This document shows, in pieces, positions 38,683-48,621 of a stretch of 64,000 bases of DNA. Source of the DNA: an uncultured bacterium (lineage in GTDB: Bacteria; Macinerneyibacteriota; Macinerneyibacteria; Macinerneyibacteriales; Macinerneyibacteriaceae); the NCBI GenBank assembly GCA_964621075.1, contig CAZUKV010000001.1, forward strand, positions 24,144-88,143, in the 5' to 3' direction. The notes under the pieces are model-generated. The model saw only the letters and a program-made list of their open reading frames with translations, searched no databases and had not been told where the DNA came from. The number at the start of each line of letters is the position of its first letter. The first letter of the stretch is position 1. The position numbers and the translations under genes were made by a program.

Positions 38683-39802
38683 ACATTTTTAATATTTTCT
38701 CAATAATACTTGTCATATTATAATATTTGTACTCTGCAAGCCTTCCAATAAAATAGACATTATCCAGATTTTTGATTATATTTAAATACCTATTATACTT
38801 TTTTTCATTTCTCTTTCTTGGAATGGGATAATATGGGATATCTCCTCTTTTAATATCACAACTTGAAGGATATTCTTTAACTATTGTAGTAAAAACATTT
38901 TTTTGTTCTGTTAAATGTTTAAATTCAGTTATCCTGGTAAAATCATAATTATTTGGATAATTAATTACCCCCTTATTTTGATAATATTCTCTATTAAAAT
39001 TAACAAATTTAAATTTCAAAGATCTATAAGGCAATTGTCCAAATTTAAAATCAAAAAAATAATCAACAGGACCTGTATAAAATAATTTCTTTACTTTTTG
39101 ATTTTTAAAGAAAAATTCATCATTTCCATTTTTTCTAATTACTGATTTATAATCAGTATTTAATAACAGTTCAATATTTTTATGGTTTAACATATTATTA
39201 AACATATATGTATATCCTTTATCAGGCATAACCTGATACTTGTCAAAAAAATATCTATTATCTTTTGAAATATTAACAGGAACCCTTGAAGTTACCTCTT
39301 TCTTTAATTCCTCTGGTGATAGTGCCCACTGTTTTTTGGTATAATTCTTGAAAATTTTATTATAGATATACGCTCCAAGTTCATTTAGTCTTTTATCTTT
39401 ACTCTTTTTTAAATCCCAGATTGTTATTTTAGTATTATATCCAAAATTATCTACTAATTTTTTTATATATATTTTTGAAAGATACTCTGGAAATATTTTT
39501 TTTATTGAATTTATATTAAAGGGAACGGGAATGTAATGATTATCAACAAAAGCAAGAACTTCATGATTATAAATATGCCAGTCTGTATATTTACTCAAAA
39601 AATTAAAAACTTTCTTTGAATTAGTATGAAAAATATGGGGGCCATATTTATGTATTAATATACCATTTATATCATAAAAATCATGAGCCTGCCCTCCAAT
39701 ATGGTCTCTTTTTTCTATGACCAAAACTTTCTCATCTTCCTCTGCAAGTAATCGGGCAATTGTGCATCCTGCAACTCCAGCCCCTACTACAATATTTTTC
39801 AT
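38675..39802 (-). CDS. glf: UDP-galactopyranose mutase
   Basis: N-terminal FAD fold IVVGAGVAGCTIA and Glf-typical motifs (IHKYGPHIFHT, YNxKQW, YYPI). Confidence 0.8.
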   Translation of the reverse strand: MKNIVVGAGVAGCTIARLLAEEDEKVLVIEKRDHIGGQAHDFYDINGILIHKYGPHIFHTNSKKVFNFLSKYTDWHIYNHEVLAFVDNHYIPVPFNINSIKKIFPEYLSKIYIKKLVDNFGYNTKITIWDLKKSKDKRLNELGAYIYNKIFKNYTKKQWALSPEELKKEVTSRVPVNISKDNRYFFDKYQVMPDKGYTYMFNNMLNHKNIELLLNTDYKSVIRKNGNDEFFFKNQKVKKLFYTGPVDYFFDFKFGQLPYRSLKFKFVNFNREYYQNKGVINYPNNYDFTRITEFKHLTEQKNVFTTIVKEYPSSCDIKRGDIPYYPIPRKRNEKKYNRYLNIIKNLDNVYFIGRLAEYKYYNMTSIIEKILKMFG

Positions 39803-39830
39803 TTTTTAATTTGTCTCCTTTATTATAGTG

Positions 39831-41519
39831 TTAATTAATTTTAATTGACAATAACGTCATGTCATCATCACGTGGAGTTTCTTTTGCAAATTTTTGCAAG
39901 TTTTTTAAACTATTTTTAACTATCTGTGTTGAATTTCTTTTTTTAGATTTATAGATATTATTTAACAATCTTTTCTCTCCATACTCTTCATTTGATTCAT
40001 TCATTCGTTCAACTACTCCATCCGTGTACATGAAAAATAAATCCCCTTTATCAAAATCAATGGTTCTTATTTCCAAAGATTTCTTAAAATCGTTTCCCCC
40101 ACTCAAATTCAAACCAATACCTCTGCTCTTAACATATTTAACTTCATCCATACTGGAATTATAATATATTGGTTCATTATGGCCACATCTTATCCATTTA
40201 AATTTCTTCTTTTTAATATCTAATATTCCAATAATTGCAGTAACAAAGAGAGATCTTTCCTTGGTTGTTCTTAAATAATTATTGATTGATAAAACTATAT
40301 CCATTAAATTTTCATTTTTGGAAAATGTTGAATTTAAAAATCCTTTCAATTCACTTACTATTAATGCTGAAGGTAAACCCTTACCACTAATATCACCAAT
40401 TATCACACCCAATTTATTTTTGTTCTTAAATTTAAGAAGATCATAATAATCTCCGCCAACCTCTCTTGCGGCTAAATATGCTGCTTTAATATCAATATTT
40501 TCAATAGGATAATGTCTTTTAGGAAGCAACTTCATTTGAATTCTTTTAGCAATATCTAAATCTCTCTTTAACTTTTCTTTTTCAAGTGTGTCTGAAATAT
40601 TTTGAAAAGATATCAAAGCACTAATAAGTGATTTCCTTTTTTTATCATCATAAAATTTTTGTAAACTTTCCTCCATTAAAACAAATGGAACAATATTAAA
40701 TCTTATATATTTTTTATTATACCAGAATTGAACAACCTGTGATTCAAAATTCTTGAAAGCTTTTTTTAAAGCTCCCTGCATTATTTTTAATTGTTTTTTT
40801 GATAAATATTTTTTTATATCAATTAAATATTCATTTCTGTGTTCACAATCTTTCTTGTTACAGTAAAAACATAACCCCATTCTTGAACAAACCATTGAAC
40901 TTTTAGCTGGCATATCAAGCAATTTTCTTCCTGAAGAATTAACATTCGCAAGCAATTTTTCATCTACTACCATTAATCCAAAAGGAGTTTCTTCATAAAT
41001 AGCTGAACTTATATTTACATAAGATTTCAGTTCTTTAATTGCCTGAAATCTTATTAAATATTGATTTAACAATAACCCCATTAAAACAATTTTTTCTTCA
41101 CCAATAGCATTTTTCGTATTGAAATTAATATTTATTAAATCCTGTACTTCTGTAAAAACTTTTCTATTTCCTATCCCGGGTTCAATTTTTAATATAGCTT
41201 TCAATGGAATAAAAATCGAAGTATCAGCATTCAATTTTTGATATAATTCTTTACATTGTTTATCTTTACTGCAGTTTAAAGAATAAAAGATTTCTTTGCT
41301 GGAAACATAAGTATTTATGTATTTTTCCATCCACTTTTCAATTTCAAAATCATCTTTTTTGATACCATAAGAAAGACATTTGCTATGATCCATATCAAAT
41401 AATATCATTGAATCAATATGAAAAATTTTTTTTAAAACTTCATACACATCCTTAAAATAATAATATGCTTCATCATTATAAACAATTTTAAATCTTGAAA
41501 AAAACTCAAGTTTCTTCAT
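39831..41519 (-). CDS. PP2C-family (SpoIIE/RsbU-like) Ser/Thr phosphatase with an N-terminal GAF-like sensor region and a Cys/His cluster
   Basis: C-terminal PP2C motifs EVGGDYYD, GDISGKG and YTDGVVE. The N-terminal roughly 330 aa includes CSRMGLCFYCNKKDCEH. Confidence 0.7.
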   Translation of the reverse strand: MKKLEFFSRFKIVYNDEAYYYFKDVYEVLKKIFHIDSMILFDMDHSKCLSYGIKKDDFEIEKWMEKYINTYVSSKEIFYSLNCSKDKQCKELYQKLNADTSIFIPLKAILKIEPGIGNRKVFTEVQDLININFNTKNAIGEEKIVLMGLLLNQYLIRFQAIKELKSYVNISSAIYEETPFGLMVVDEKLLANVNSSGRKLLDMPAKSSMVCSRMGLCFYCNKKDCEHRNEYLIDIKKYLSKKQLKIMQGALKKAFKNFESQVVQFWYNKKYIRFNIVPFVLMEESLQKFYDDKKRKSLISALISFQNISDTLEKEKLKRDLDIAKRIQMKLLPKRHYPIENIDIKAAYLAAREVGGDYYDLLKFKNKNKLGVIIGDISGKGLPSALIVSELKGFLNSTFSKNENLMDIVLSINNYLRTTKERSLFVTAIIGILDIKKKKFKWIRCGHNEPIYYNSSMDEVKYVKSRGIGLNLSGGNDFKKSLEIRTIDFDKGDLFFMYTDGVVERMNESNEEYGEKRLLNNIYKSKKRNSTQIVKNSLKNLQKFAKETPRDDDMTLLSIKIN

Positions 41520-41977
41520 TAAGAATCCTTCAAGGTTTCTTTGAAAAATTCTCTAATTCTATTATCCGCTAATCTTAACCGTCCTATCATTTCATAGAGA
41601 AATGATTTATAAATTTTATATTCAATTTCTTTATTTTCTTTTATAATCCTGTTAAAGTCAGATTTAAGTAGAACTAAAACTTCTACATCTGTAACAGCAA
41701 TAGCTGATGCGAATCTTTTAGAATCCTTGTTTTCTAAAACTCCTACCTCCCCAAAAAAATCACCTCTGTGAAGATTTAATACATTTTGCTTTTTGTCTTC
41801 TTTAACATTTTTGTATATTTCTACATCTCCTTTATCAATAAAAAATATTGCATCAATACTATCTCCTTCTTCAAATATCAATGTGTCTTTAGCAATTTTT
41901 TTTAAAAATATTCTTTCTTTAACAATATCCACCTCTTTTTCATTTAAATCAGAAAAAAGATAATAATCTCTAATCAT
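41519..41977 (-). CDS. Single-domain cyclic-nucleotide-binding (CAP effector domain) protein
   Basis: cNMP-binding signature FGEVGVL...RFASAIA. No DNA-binding domain. Confidence 0.7.
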   Translation of the reverse strand: MIRDYYLFSDLNEKEVDIVKERIFLKKIAKDTLIFEEGDSIDAIFFIDKGDVEIYKNVKEDKKQNVLNLHRGDFFGEVGVLENKDSKRFASAIAVTDVEVLVLLKSDFNRIIKENKEIEYKIYKSFLYEMIGRLRLADNRIREFFKETLKDS

Positions 41978-41978
41978 A

Positions 41979-42443
41979 TCAACCTTCCATACCCATTAAA
42001 TAAAAAGAATTTAACTTGCTGCTTGTATCTTTAATTCGCAAATTTATTTTTTTTACAATATTTTTTAAAATAATGTTTGAATATTCAGATTTTTTATCTA
42101 TTAATTTTTTAAAATTTCTTTCTTTAATTTTTAATAAAATTGCACCTTTTCTTGCTTTTGCAGTTGCACTTCTTGTCCCCTTATCAAGCACGGACATCTC
42201 TCCAAAAAAATCACTCTTTTTCAGTACAGCGATTCCTTCCTGTCCTATGGAATCTATCTCTAAAATTATACTTACAATCCCATCTCCTATTAGATAAAGA
42301 CTATCTCCATATGAACCTTCTTTAAATAAAATCTCATCTTCCTCAAAATTTAATTTTTGAAAATATTCAATTATCTTGGGCAAATAAGAAATCGGAACAT
42401 TTTTGAAAAGAGAATTTTGTTTTAATATTTGAATTTTTTCCAT
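41979..42443 (-). CDS. Single-domain cyclic-nucleotide-binding protein (paralogue)
   Basis: FGEMSVLDKGTRSATAKA cNMP-binding signature. Confidence 0.7.
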   Translation of the reverse strand: MEKIQILKQNSLFKNVPISYLPKIIEYFQKLNFEEDEILFKEGSYGDSLYLIGDGIVSIILEIDSIGQEGIAVLKKSDFFGEMSVLDKGTRSATAKARKGAILLKIKERNFKKLIDKKSEYSNIILKNIVKKINLRIKDTSSKLNSFYLMGMEG

Positions 42444-43198
42444 ATACTCTCCTTATGCCTTTTAATATTAGATAATGTATTATAATCTGTCAAATCAAAC
42501 TTAAGAGGTGTTATAGAAATATAGTTCTCATATAATGCTCTGTCATCACTATTAGGATTTTTATCCATTGAAAAATCACCTTTATACCAGTAATAACTTT
42601 TTCCCATTGGATCCTTTCTTTCATCAAGCTCGGTATCATAGAAACTTTTACCCTGTTGGGTGAATTTTACACCTTCAATTTTAGATTTTTCAACATTGGG
42701 ATAATTGATATTTAAAAGATACTTTGGTTTATCAAAATTTGACATTTCCCATTTTTTTAAAAATTCAACTATGAAATCTCCAATATCCTCAAGAAATTCT
42801 CCTTCAAAAGATGTGGAAACAGCTATAGAAGGAATTCCTGCTAAATAGCCTTCTGCTGCTGCAGAGACAGTTCCAGAATATAATATATTGTTAGATGTAT
42901 TGTAACCCTTATTTATTCCAGAAAGAACACAATCAAATGTTGTATCTTTTTCCAGGTATGAAAGAGCAACTTTAACCGAATCCGCTGGGGTCCCCTCAAC
43001 AGCCCATCCCGAAAATCCATCTTTTCTCTTTATTTTGACAAATCTGAAAGGTTGAAATAATGTAATTGAATGGCTAACTGCTGATTGTTCATTTAATGGA
43101 GCAACAATTTTAACATTGTGTTCTGTTTTTAATTTCTCCCAAAGAACAAAAATACCCTCTGAAAATATACCATCATCATTGGCAAGAAGAAGATTCAT
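42422..43198 (-). CDS. surE: 5'/3'-nucleotidase SurE
   Basis: MNLLLANDDGI N-terminal motif and the SurE fold. Confidence 0.85.
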   Translation of the reverse strand: MNLLLANDDGIFSEGIFVLWEKLKTEHNVKIVAPLNEQSAVSHSITLFQPFRFVKIKRKDGFSGWAVEGTPADSVKVALSYLEKDTTFDCVLSGINKGYNTSNNILYSGTVSAAAEGYLAGIPSIAVSTSFEGEFLEDIGDFIVEFLKKWEMSNFDKPKYLLNINYPNVEKSKIEGVKFTQQGKSFYDTELDERKDPMGKSYYWYKGDFSMDKNPNSDDRALYENYISITPLKFDLTDYNTLSNIKRHKESIWKKFKY

Positions 43199-43200
43199 AA

Positions 43201-43956
43201 TTATTCAATCAATCCATCTTTCTTCTTATTCCAAATAACCCAGTTACTCTTTTCATCTTCTGCTTTTTCATCTATCTCTTCTAAACTTACAACTTCTCCA
43301 TCCTCCACCCTAAGAGCCATCATTTGATCAACAATAACTACCCACTCTTCCATTGAAACTTCTTTTGGTCCCTCAACTTCTCTTGGACCTTCAACTTCAG
43401 TTGGTTTTTTAATCATTGGTTTATCTTCTTTTCCCTCGCCTTTTTTCTTTCGATTTTTCACTTTCACATTTCCTTTATAAACTTTTATAAGAGCACCATT
43501 TTCTAAAGAGTTTATCCGAAATATTGTTCCAACAACTGAAGTAGAAACAGAAGTGGAGCCAAACTCAAAAACTTCAGATTCATTTTCTTTATTAACATTT
43601 CCCCATATTTCTCCTTCTTCAACCTCTATTTCAGTAATTAGTTGGTTTTCCTTTTCTTCGTACAGTTTAACCATATTAACCATAGTTTTAGGAGCAAGTC
43701 TGATTTTTGTTCCTCTTAACAGAGAGATTTCAGCAAAAGACTCAGGGAGGGTTCTTAAAACATCATTGCTCTTTACATCCATTTGTAATTTTGCTTTCAA
43801 CCAATTAAAATTTTCAACATTTCTTTTTTGAGCACTGCCTTCAAGAGCAGAAATCACTCCCTTTTTCTCAATTTCTCCACCTATATTAAAAAAAATAGTT
43901 ATTATAAAATAGAACACTAAAAATTTTTTCACAATTACCTCCAATTTTTTTATCAA
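43201..43956 (-). CDS. Secreted or membrane-anchored protein with a FecR-like domain and a Glu/Lys/Pro-rich C-terminal region; function unknown
   Basis: N-terminal hydrophobic segment. Middle region resembles the FecR sensor fold. Weak call. Confidence 0.3.
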   Translation of the reverse strand: MIKKLEVIVKKFLVFYFIITIFFNIGGEIEKKGVISALEGSAQKRNVENFNWLKAKLQMDVKSNDVLRTLPESFAEISLLRGTKIRLAPKTMVNMVKLYEEKENQLITEIEVEEGEIWGNVNKENESEVFEFGSTSVSTSVVGTIFRINSLENGALIKVYKGNVKVKNRKKKGEGKEDKPMIKKPTEVEGPREVEGPKEVSMEEWVVIVDQMMALRVEDGEVVSLEEIDEKAEDEKSNWVIWNKKKDGLIE

Positions 43957-44196
43957 TAATATTAATTATAAATTAATAAAAAGAATTTTTCAAGTATATA
44001 TACCTATATATACTATTTGTATCAACTTATTTGACATATTGATAAAAACAAAATACAATTTCCAGCTTAATATTCTCATCTTACCCTCTAAATAGATATT
44101 ATCATCAAAAGAGAACTTGTATTAACATTTTTTAGATATTTAACGATAATTTTGATTTATTATCGTTATCTTTTAGATTAAAACATCAATTTAAGA

Positions 44197-45111
44197 TTAA
44201 TAATATTCTTTTATCTTATGAGCTAAATCATATATATAAGAGATATTTTGAAACATTTCTTCCTTATATCCTGATATAAATAGCGGAACAGGATTTTTCG
44301 TATGTCCGGGAATACTTAAATCTTCTATATTTCCGTGGTCAGAAACTAATATAAGGGTATCCTTATTAAAATGGAAGTTGTCAAGAAGGGTTTTAAAAAA
44401 TTCTTCTAAATCACTTAAAACTTCTAAGGCTTTATCTTCATCTTTTTTATGTCCTATCATATCTGTCTTAAAATATTCAAAAAGTGTAAAGTCATTCTTT
44501 CCTGAAATTTCCAATAAATTATGTGCCCCATCAGAGGGTGTAATCAATGGGATTTTCTCTAATAAATTTTTATTATAGTAGGCTTCATATTCAGGAATAA
44601 ATTTTTCAATTTTCTTAAGAAATTTATTATCTTTCCTATCTATTAAACTGAGGTTTGTTATATCATGATACACTGCTTTTCCTTTTATTATTTTATCCAA
44701 CCCACGAACCTTTTTTTCTATTTCTATGGTCATATATGATGTTGCGGATAAAAATCTGCTTTTTTTTAATATTTCTAAATTATCTATTATATAACCATTT
44801 GCAAAGGTGAATTTCTTATTATTATCTCTCAAATATTTGAATATTGATTTTTCTTTTAGCAGCTTTTTCAGAAGTTTATTTGGAAAACCTTCTTTGTGAG
44901 AGCCATTAATCGCCGAAGCATTCAATCCTGTAAAAATTGAAGTCTGTCCCGTAGCACTTTGAGGAACTCCTTTTATGCCCATTACAGGATCAACAGGTTC
45001 AGCTTCTTCAAATAATAATTTTCTTAAAACTGGTAAATTTTCAGCAAAAAAAGGATTGTTTTCTTTTTTACTTCTAATGCCCATTCCATCCACGAATATA
45101 AATAAAATCAT
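44197..45111 (-). CDS. Alkaline-phosphatase-superfamily metalloenzyme (cofactor-independent phosphoglycerate mutase / phosphopentomutase-like)
   Basis: N-terminal FVDGMG and C-terminal LVSDHGN metal-binding motifs of the 'metalloenzyme' domain. Confidence 0.55.
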   Translation of the reverse strand: MILFIFVDGMGIRSKKENNPFFAENLPVLRKLLFEEAEPVDPVMGIKGVPQSATGQTSIFTGLNASAINGSHKEGFPNKLLKKLLKEKSIFKYLRDNNKKFTFANGYIIDNLEILKKSRFLSATSYMTIEIEKKVRGLDKIIKGKAVYHDITNLSLIDRKDNKFLKKIEKFIPEYEAYYNKNLLEKIPLITPSDGAHNLLEISGKNDFTLFEYFKTDMIGHKKDEDKALEVLSDLEEFFKTLLDNFHFNKDTLILVSDHGNIEDLSIPGHTKNPVPLFISGYKEEMFQNISYIYDLAHKIKEYY

Positions 45112-45115
45112 TTGC

Positions 45116-45703
45116 CTACCCTTTAATTATAAAATAAAAAAACCCCCATTTATTAAAAGTAAGTGTAGGAGCTAAAAAATATTTTTTAAATTTTCTTAAA
45201 CTAACCATTATTATTTTATTATTCCATCGTGGATCATATATATATAATTTATTTTTTGAATATCCAACTATTAAACTAAAATGCCCTTGAAATGTTCGGT
45301 CTATTTTTTTTTCAGGATACCAATTAAAAAAAACCGGATATCCATCGTTTAAATAACTTTTGATTAGATTAATATTTTTCTTATACAAATTATTACTGAG
45401 GATAGCTCTACTTTTATATCCATAGTTGTATCTATATTCAATATTATAGCCTTTTTCTTTTAATTTTCTTAAAATTTCAAGGCTGTATGCTCCTCTTTTT
45501 ACTTTTTTTAAATCAAATATTTTATTGTGAACATAATCCTGGTTATATTTTTCCCCAATTTTTTCAAGCATAATAGCAACTACAGTTTCTCCGCAAAAAT
45601 CTTTTTTCTGTTTTATTGGATTATAGTCTAAAAATAAAGAAAGTGAAAAAATGTTGCTAATCAAAATTAGAAAATATAAAATTAATATTAATTTCTTTTG
45701 CAT
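45116..45703 (-). CDS. Secreted papain-like (C39-like) cysteine peptidase domain protein
   Basis: Signal peptide. Candidate catalytic Cys (FCGETV) and His (GHFSLIVGY) at the spacing seen in C39-like domains. Weak call. Confidence 0.35.
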   Translation of the reverse strand: MQKKLILILYFLILISNIFSLSLFLDYNPIKQKKDFCGETVVAIMLEKIGEKYNQDYVHNKIFDLKKVKRGAYSLEILRKLKEKGYNIEYRYNYGYKSRAILSNNLYKKNINLIKSYLNDGYPVFFNWYPEKKIDRTFQGHFSLIVGYSKNKLYIYDPRWNNKIIMVSLRKFKKYFLAPTLTFNKWGFFYFIIKG

Positions 45704-46584
45704 ACGAGACTTTTTTTATCAACCCCAATTTTATCAGCAATAACAGAACATTTAGCCATTAGTAAAAAAAACAAGTTTTTATTTTTTTCTTCGCTAAGAG
45801 ATTCAAAATTGCCCTGTCCTTTTGCAATAATAACATCAGAATCATTAAAAATTTCTTGATATTTTTCGGTTACATTATCCATTATAGTACCGGGAGCATT
45901 ATCCCCATTAGAGATAAGTTCTGCATAATTATCCATTCCAACCTGTAAGCCATCTTCCATTGTTATATCATTTATTACTGGATATCCTCTAACACCATAG
46001 TAGTATTTATTTATTTGTGGAAATCTTTTTTTTAAAACCCTAATAAAAATTTTGTCAAAAACAATCTCCCCACAATTATCTCCAATAATCATAACAGAGG
46101 AACTTTCTCTCAAATACTTTTTCAATAAATTACTATCATCAACTTTTAATGATTTTTTTTCAATATCATCTATTGTATTAAAAACTTCTTCTTCTTTTAA
46201 AGAGTGCTTTACTCCAAAATCAATTATATTTCCTGAAATTACCATCTTGACTAAATATTTAAAATTTTTTTTATCCAATTTTTTATAGAGATCTTTCTCC
46301 ATTTCAAGAATTTTCTCGTTGTAATATTTTTTTTTCTTTTTGTAGGGATCTTCGGTATTAATTAATTTATATATTACAGGATATATTCTTTTTGCAAGAT
46401 GTGGCGGGGTGTTTTTATTATAATCAATATCTTTTAAAATGGTTAAAATTTTTTTTATCATTTCTTCAATATCCTTGTTTTTCAAATTGCTATCTTCAGC
46501 TAAATTTAAAGCCTGGTTGATAAAACATGGAACACACTTAAAAGTTGTTTTCATTTTCACTCCTATCCTTTTATTATTACTCAC
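45688..46584 (-). CDS. DUF89 family protein (ARMT1-like damage-control phosphatase)
   Basis: N-terminal CVPCF motif plus GDNCGE and KGQGNFE motifs characteristic of DUF89. Confidence 0.65.
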   Translation of the reverse strand: MSNNKRIGVKMKTTFKCVPCFINQALNLAEDSNLKNKDIEEMIKKILTILKDIDYNKNTPPHLAKRIYPVIYKLINTEDPYKKKKKYYNEKILEMEKDLYKKLDKKNFKYLVKMVISGNIIDFGVKHSLKEEEVFNTIDDIEKKSLKVDDSNLLKKYLRESSSVMIIGDNCGEIVFDKIFIRVLKKRFPQINKYYYGVRGYPVINDITMEDGLQVGMDNYAELISNGDNAPGTIMDNVTEKYQEIFNDSDVIIAKGQGNFESLSEEKNKNLFFLLMAKCSVIADKIGVDKKSLVCKRN

Positions 46585-46594
46585 CAGGTAAATA

Positions 46595-47362
46595 TTATAT
46601 AATTTTTTTCAGAAAGGCAAGAACTCCATCAATATTTTGAAAACTATATGAACTAAAAGAAGATTCTTTACCCTTAGGAGATATATAAATTGATTTAAAT
46701 CCTCTTTTGGATAATGGTATAATATCATTATCCTCATCATTCCCAATTATTAAACAATTTTTGTTTTTTACCGACAAATAATTTAATTTTTTTTCAAGTA
46801 ACTCATATATTTGAGGGTCGGGTTTTGAAATGCCAATTTTATAAGAAAAAAAAACCAAATCAGAATTAAAATAATAATCAAAAGAACGTTCTAAAAAATC
46901 ATTTAATATTCGTTTTGTATAAAATTGAGCATTTGACATTATTCCCTGGTATAAATTTTTTGACCTTATATAGTTTAAAATCTTTTCTACATTCTTTCCA
47001 ATCTCTACGGGATTGACTGCTTTTTCAAAAATAATTGCTATTTTTTCCAGCGTAGCTCTTCTAAAATTTTTTTGAAACTTTTTTTTCATAAATATATCCC
47101 ATAGTTTAATTATATTAATTTCTGGACTTATTATATTTTCATTCTTTTTTTTCTTTCTTTTTTGTAATTCTTTAACAAGATTTCTGTATAATTTTTCGCC
47201 CTTATCGGGGTCAATTTCAAGATTTAAAAAATCACCAATCCGCTGAAACCCTTTTTTAAATTTTGAATATTTCCCAGGATCAACAGGAATCTCCATATTA
47301 GCAGAATAGAGAATAGTACCATAAATATCCCAGATAACAGCTTCAACCTTCATATTATCCAA
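46595..47362 (-). CDS. HAD-superfamily hydrolase (candidate glycosyl-3-phosphoglycerate phosphatase)
   Basis: HAD motif I AVIWDIYGTIL and a C-terminal GNDEDND motif IV-like segment. Confidence 0.65.
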   Translation of the reverse strand: MDNMKVEAVIWDIYGTILYSANMEIPVDPGKYSKFKKGFQRIGDFLNLEIDPDKGEKLYRNLVKELQKRKKKKNENIISPEINIIKLWDIFMKKKFQKNFRRATLEKIAIIFEKAVNPVEIGKNVEKILNYIRSKNLYQGIMSNAQFYTKRILNDFLERSFDYYFNSDLVFFSYKIGISKPDPQIYELLEKKLNYLSVKNKNCLIIGNDEDNDIIPLSKRGFKSIYISPKGKESSFSSYSFQNIDGVLAFLKKII

Positions 47363-48608
47363 AAATAGTTCTTATTATCTGTTTTAAATTATATTTTAAT
47401 ACATCATAAGAAAAATATTTTTTACCAATCCTGTAATTATTTTCAACCATCTTTTTTCTGTAATTTTTATCTTCTAAAACCTTTTTTACTTTTTCAACAT
47501 TTTTATCCGTCAGATAATCATTCATTGAAATTGTGTTAAATCCCTTGGGTTCAATATCCTTTATATATATACTGTATCGATTAACAAGTATTGGTTTTTT
47601 GAACAATATTGCTTCTAAAAAAGCATTTCCAAAACCTTCAAAAGATGAAGGATAGGTAACAAAATCAGCATGAGGATAAACATCCCATAGAGTATATATT
47701 CTTTCCCAATTTTTTCTATACTTGTTTGGTTTATGAAGTTTGTTATTAATATAATAAACATCAATACCTTCCCTTTTTGCATAATCAATTATCCAGTTAT
47801 AATAATCCAAACCTTCATCTGAAGAGGAATGTGTAATCACCAGTTTAATCTTATCATTATCCAATCTTCGAACAAGATCAATTGAGTGTTCTATTCCTTT
47901 ACGAGCCACAATTCTTGTTGGTTGTAAAAAAATAATATCATCATCTTTAAAATCAAAATCTTTTTTAAAATTGGCTCTTTTTTCTTTATCAATATTAATC
48001 TCTCTATCAAAATTTATAACATTAGGAATAATTTTAGAAGCTATCCCTCTTCTGGCAGCAAGCTGCTGCTGGGCGATAGAATTAATAACTACATGATGAA
48101 TAAAAGGGAGATTTGGAGGAAATGACATTGATAGATAATCCTGGAAAGCATTAATTAGATAACGCCTTCTCTCCCAGGCAAAATCGTGATGGTGCCCTAT
48201 TGTTGGAATTCCTCTTTCAATAATAACTTCTGTTAACGCTAACCCCAGAGGTATATTCATTGGAATACTCAGAGCATTTTCCACAATAACTAAATCAATT
48301 TTATACTTATCCAAAAAAATATTTAATCTAATTTTTAATAATTCTTTTATCTCATCTATTTTTTTTGTCATTTCAGGAGGTCTAATTTTAGTTGACTGTA
48401 ATTTATCATTAATACTTTTTATTTCAGGATGCTTAAAAAAAGCTTTTTCACATAAATAGCTTTTTGATGAAGGCTTTTCCAGCTCTCCTGCAAACCAGTA
48501 TATCCTATGCCCGAACTGTTTTAAAACATCAGCCCATTTATCAGCCTCAAGTGAAACACCATCAAGTCCTGCAAATCGCGTACCAATAAAACCAATATTT
48601 AATTCCAA
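47355..48608 (-). CDS. GT4-type glycosyltransferase (GT-B fold)
   Basis: C-terminal GT4 hallmark EGFGNAFLEA (E-x7-E region) and the N-terminal domain of GT-B glycosyltransferases. Confidence 0.6.
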   Translation of the reverse strand: MELNIGFIGTRFAGLDGVSLEADKWADVLKQFGHRIYWFAGELEKPSSKSYLCEKAFFKHPEIKSINDKLQSTKIRPPEMTKKIDEIKELLKIRLNIFLDKYKIDLVIVENALSIPMNIPLGLALTEVIIERGIPTIGHHHDFAWERRRYLINAFQDYLSMSFPPNLPFIHHVVINSIAQQQLAARRGIASKIIPNVINFDREINIDKEKRANFKKDFDFKDDDIIFLQPTRIVARKGIEHSIDLVRRLDNDKIKLVITHSSSDEGLDYYNWIIDYAKREGIDVYYINNKLHKPNKYRKNWERIYTLWDVYPHADFVTYPSSFEGFGNAFLEAILFKKPILVNRYSIYIKDIEPKGFNTISMNDYLTDKNVEKVKKVLEDKNYRKKMVENNYRIGKKYFSYDVLKYNLKQIIRTIFG

Positions 48609-48621
48609 AATACCCTCCTAA

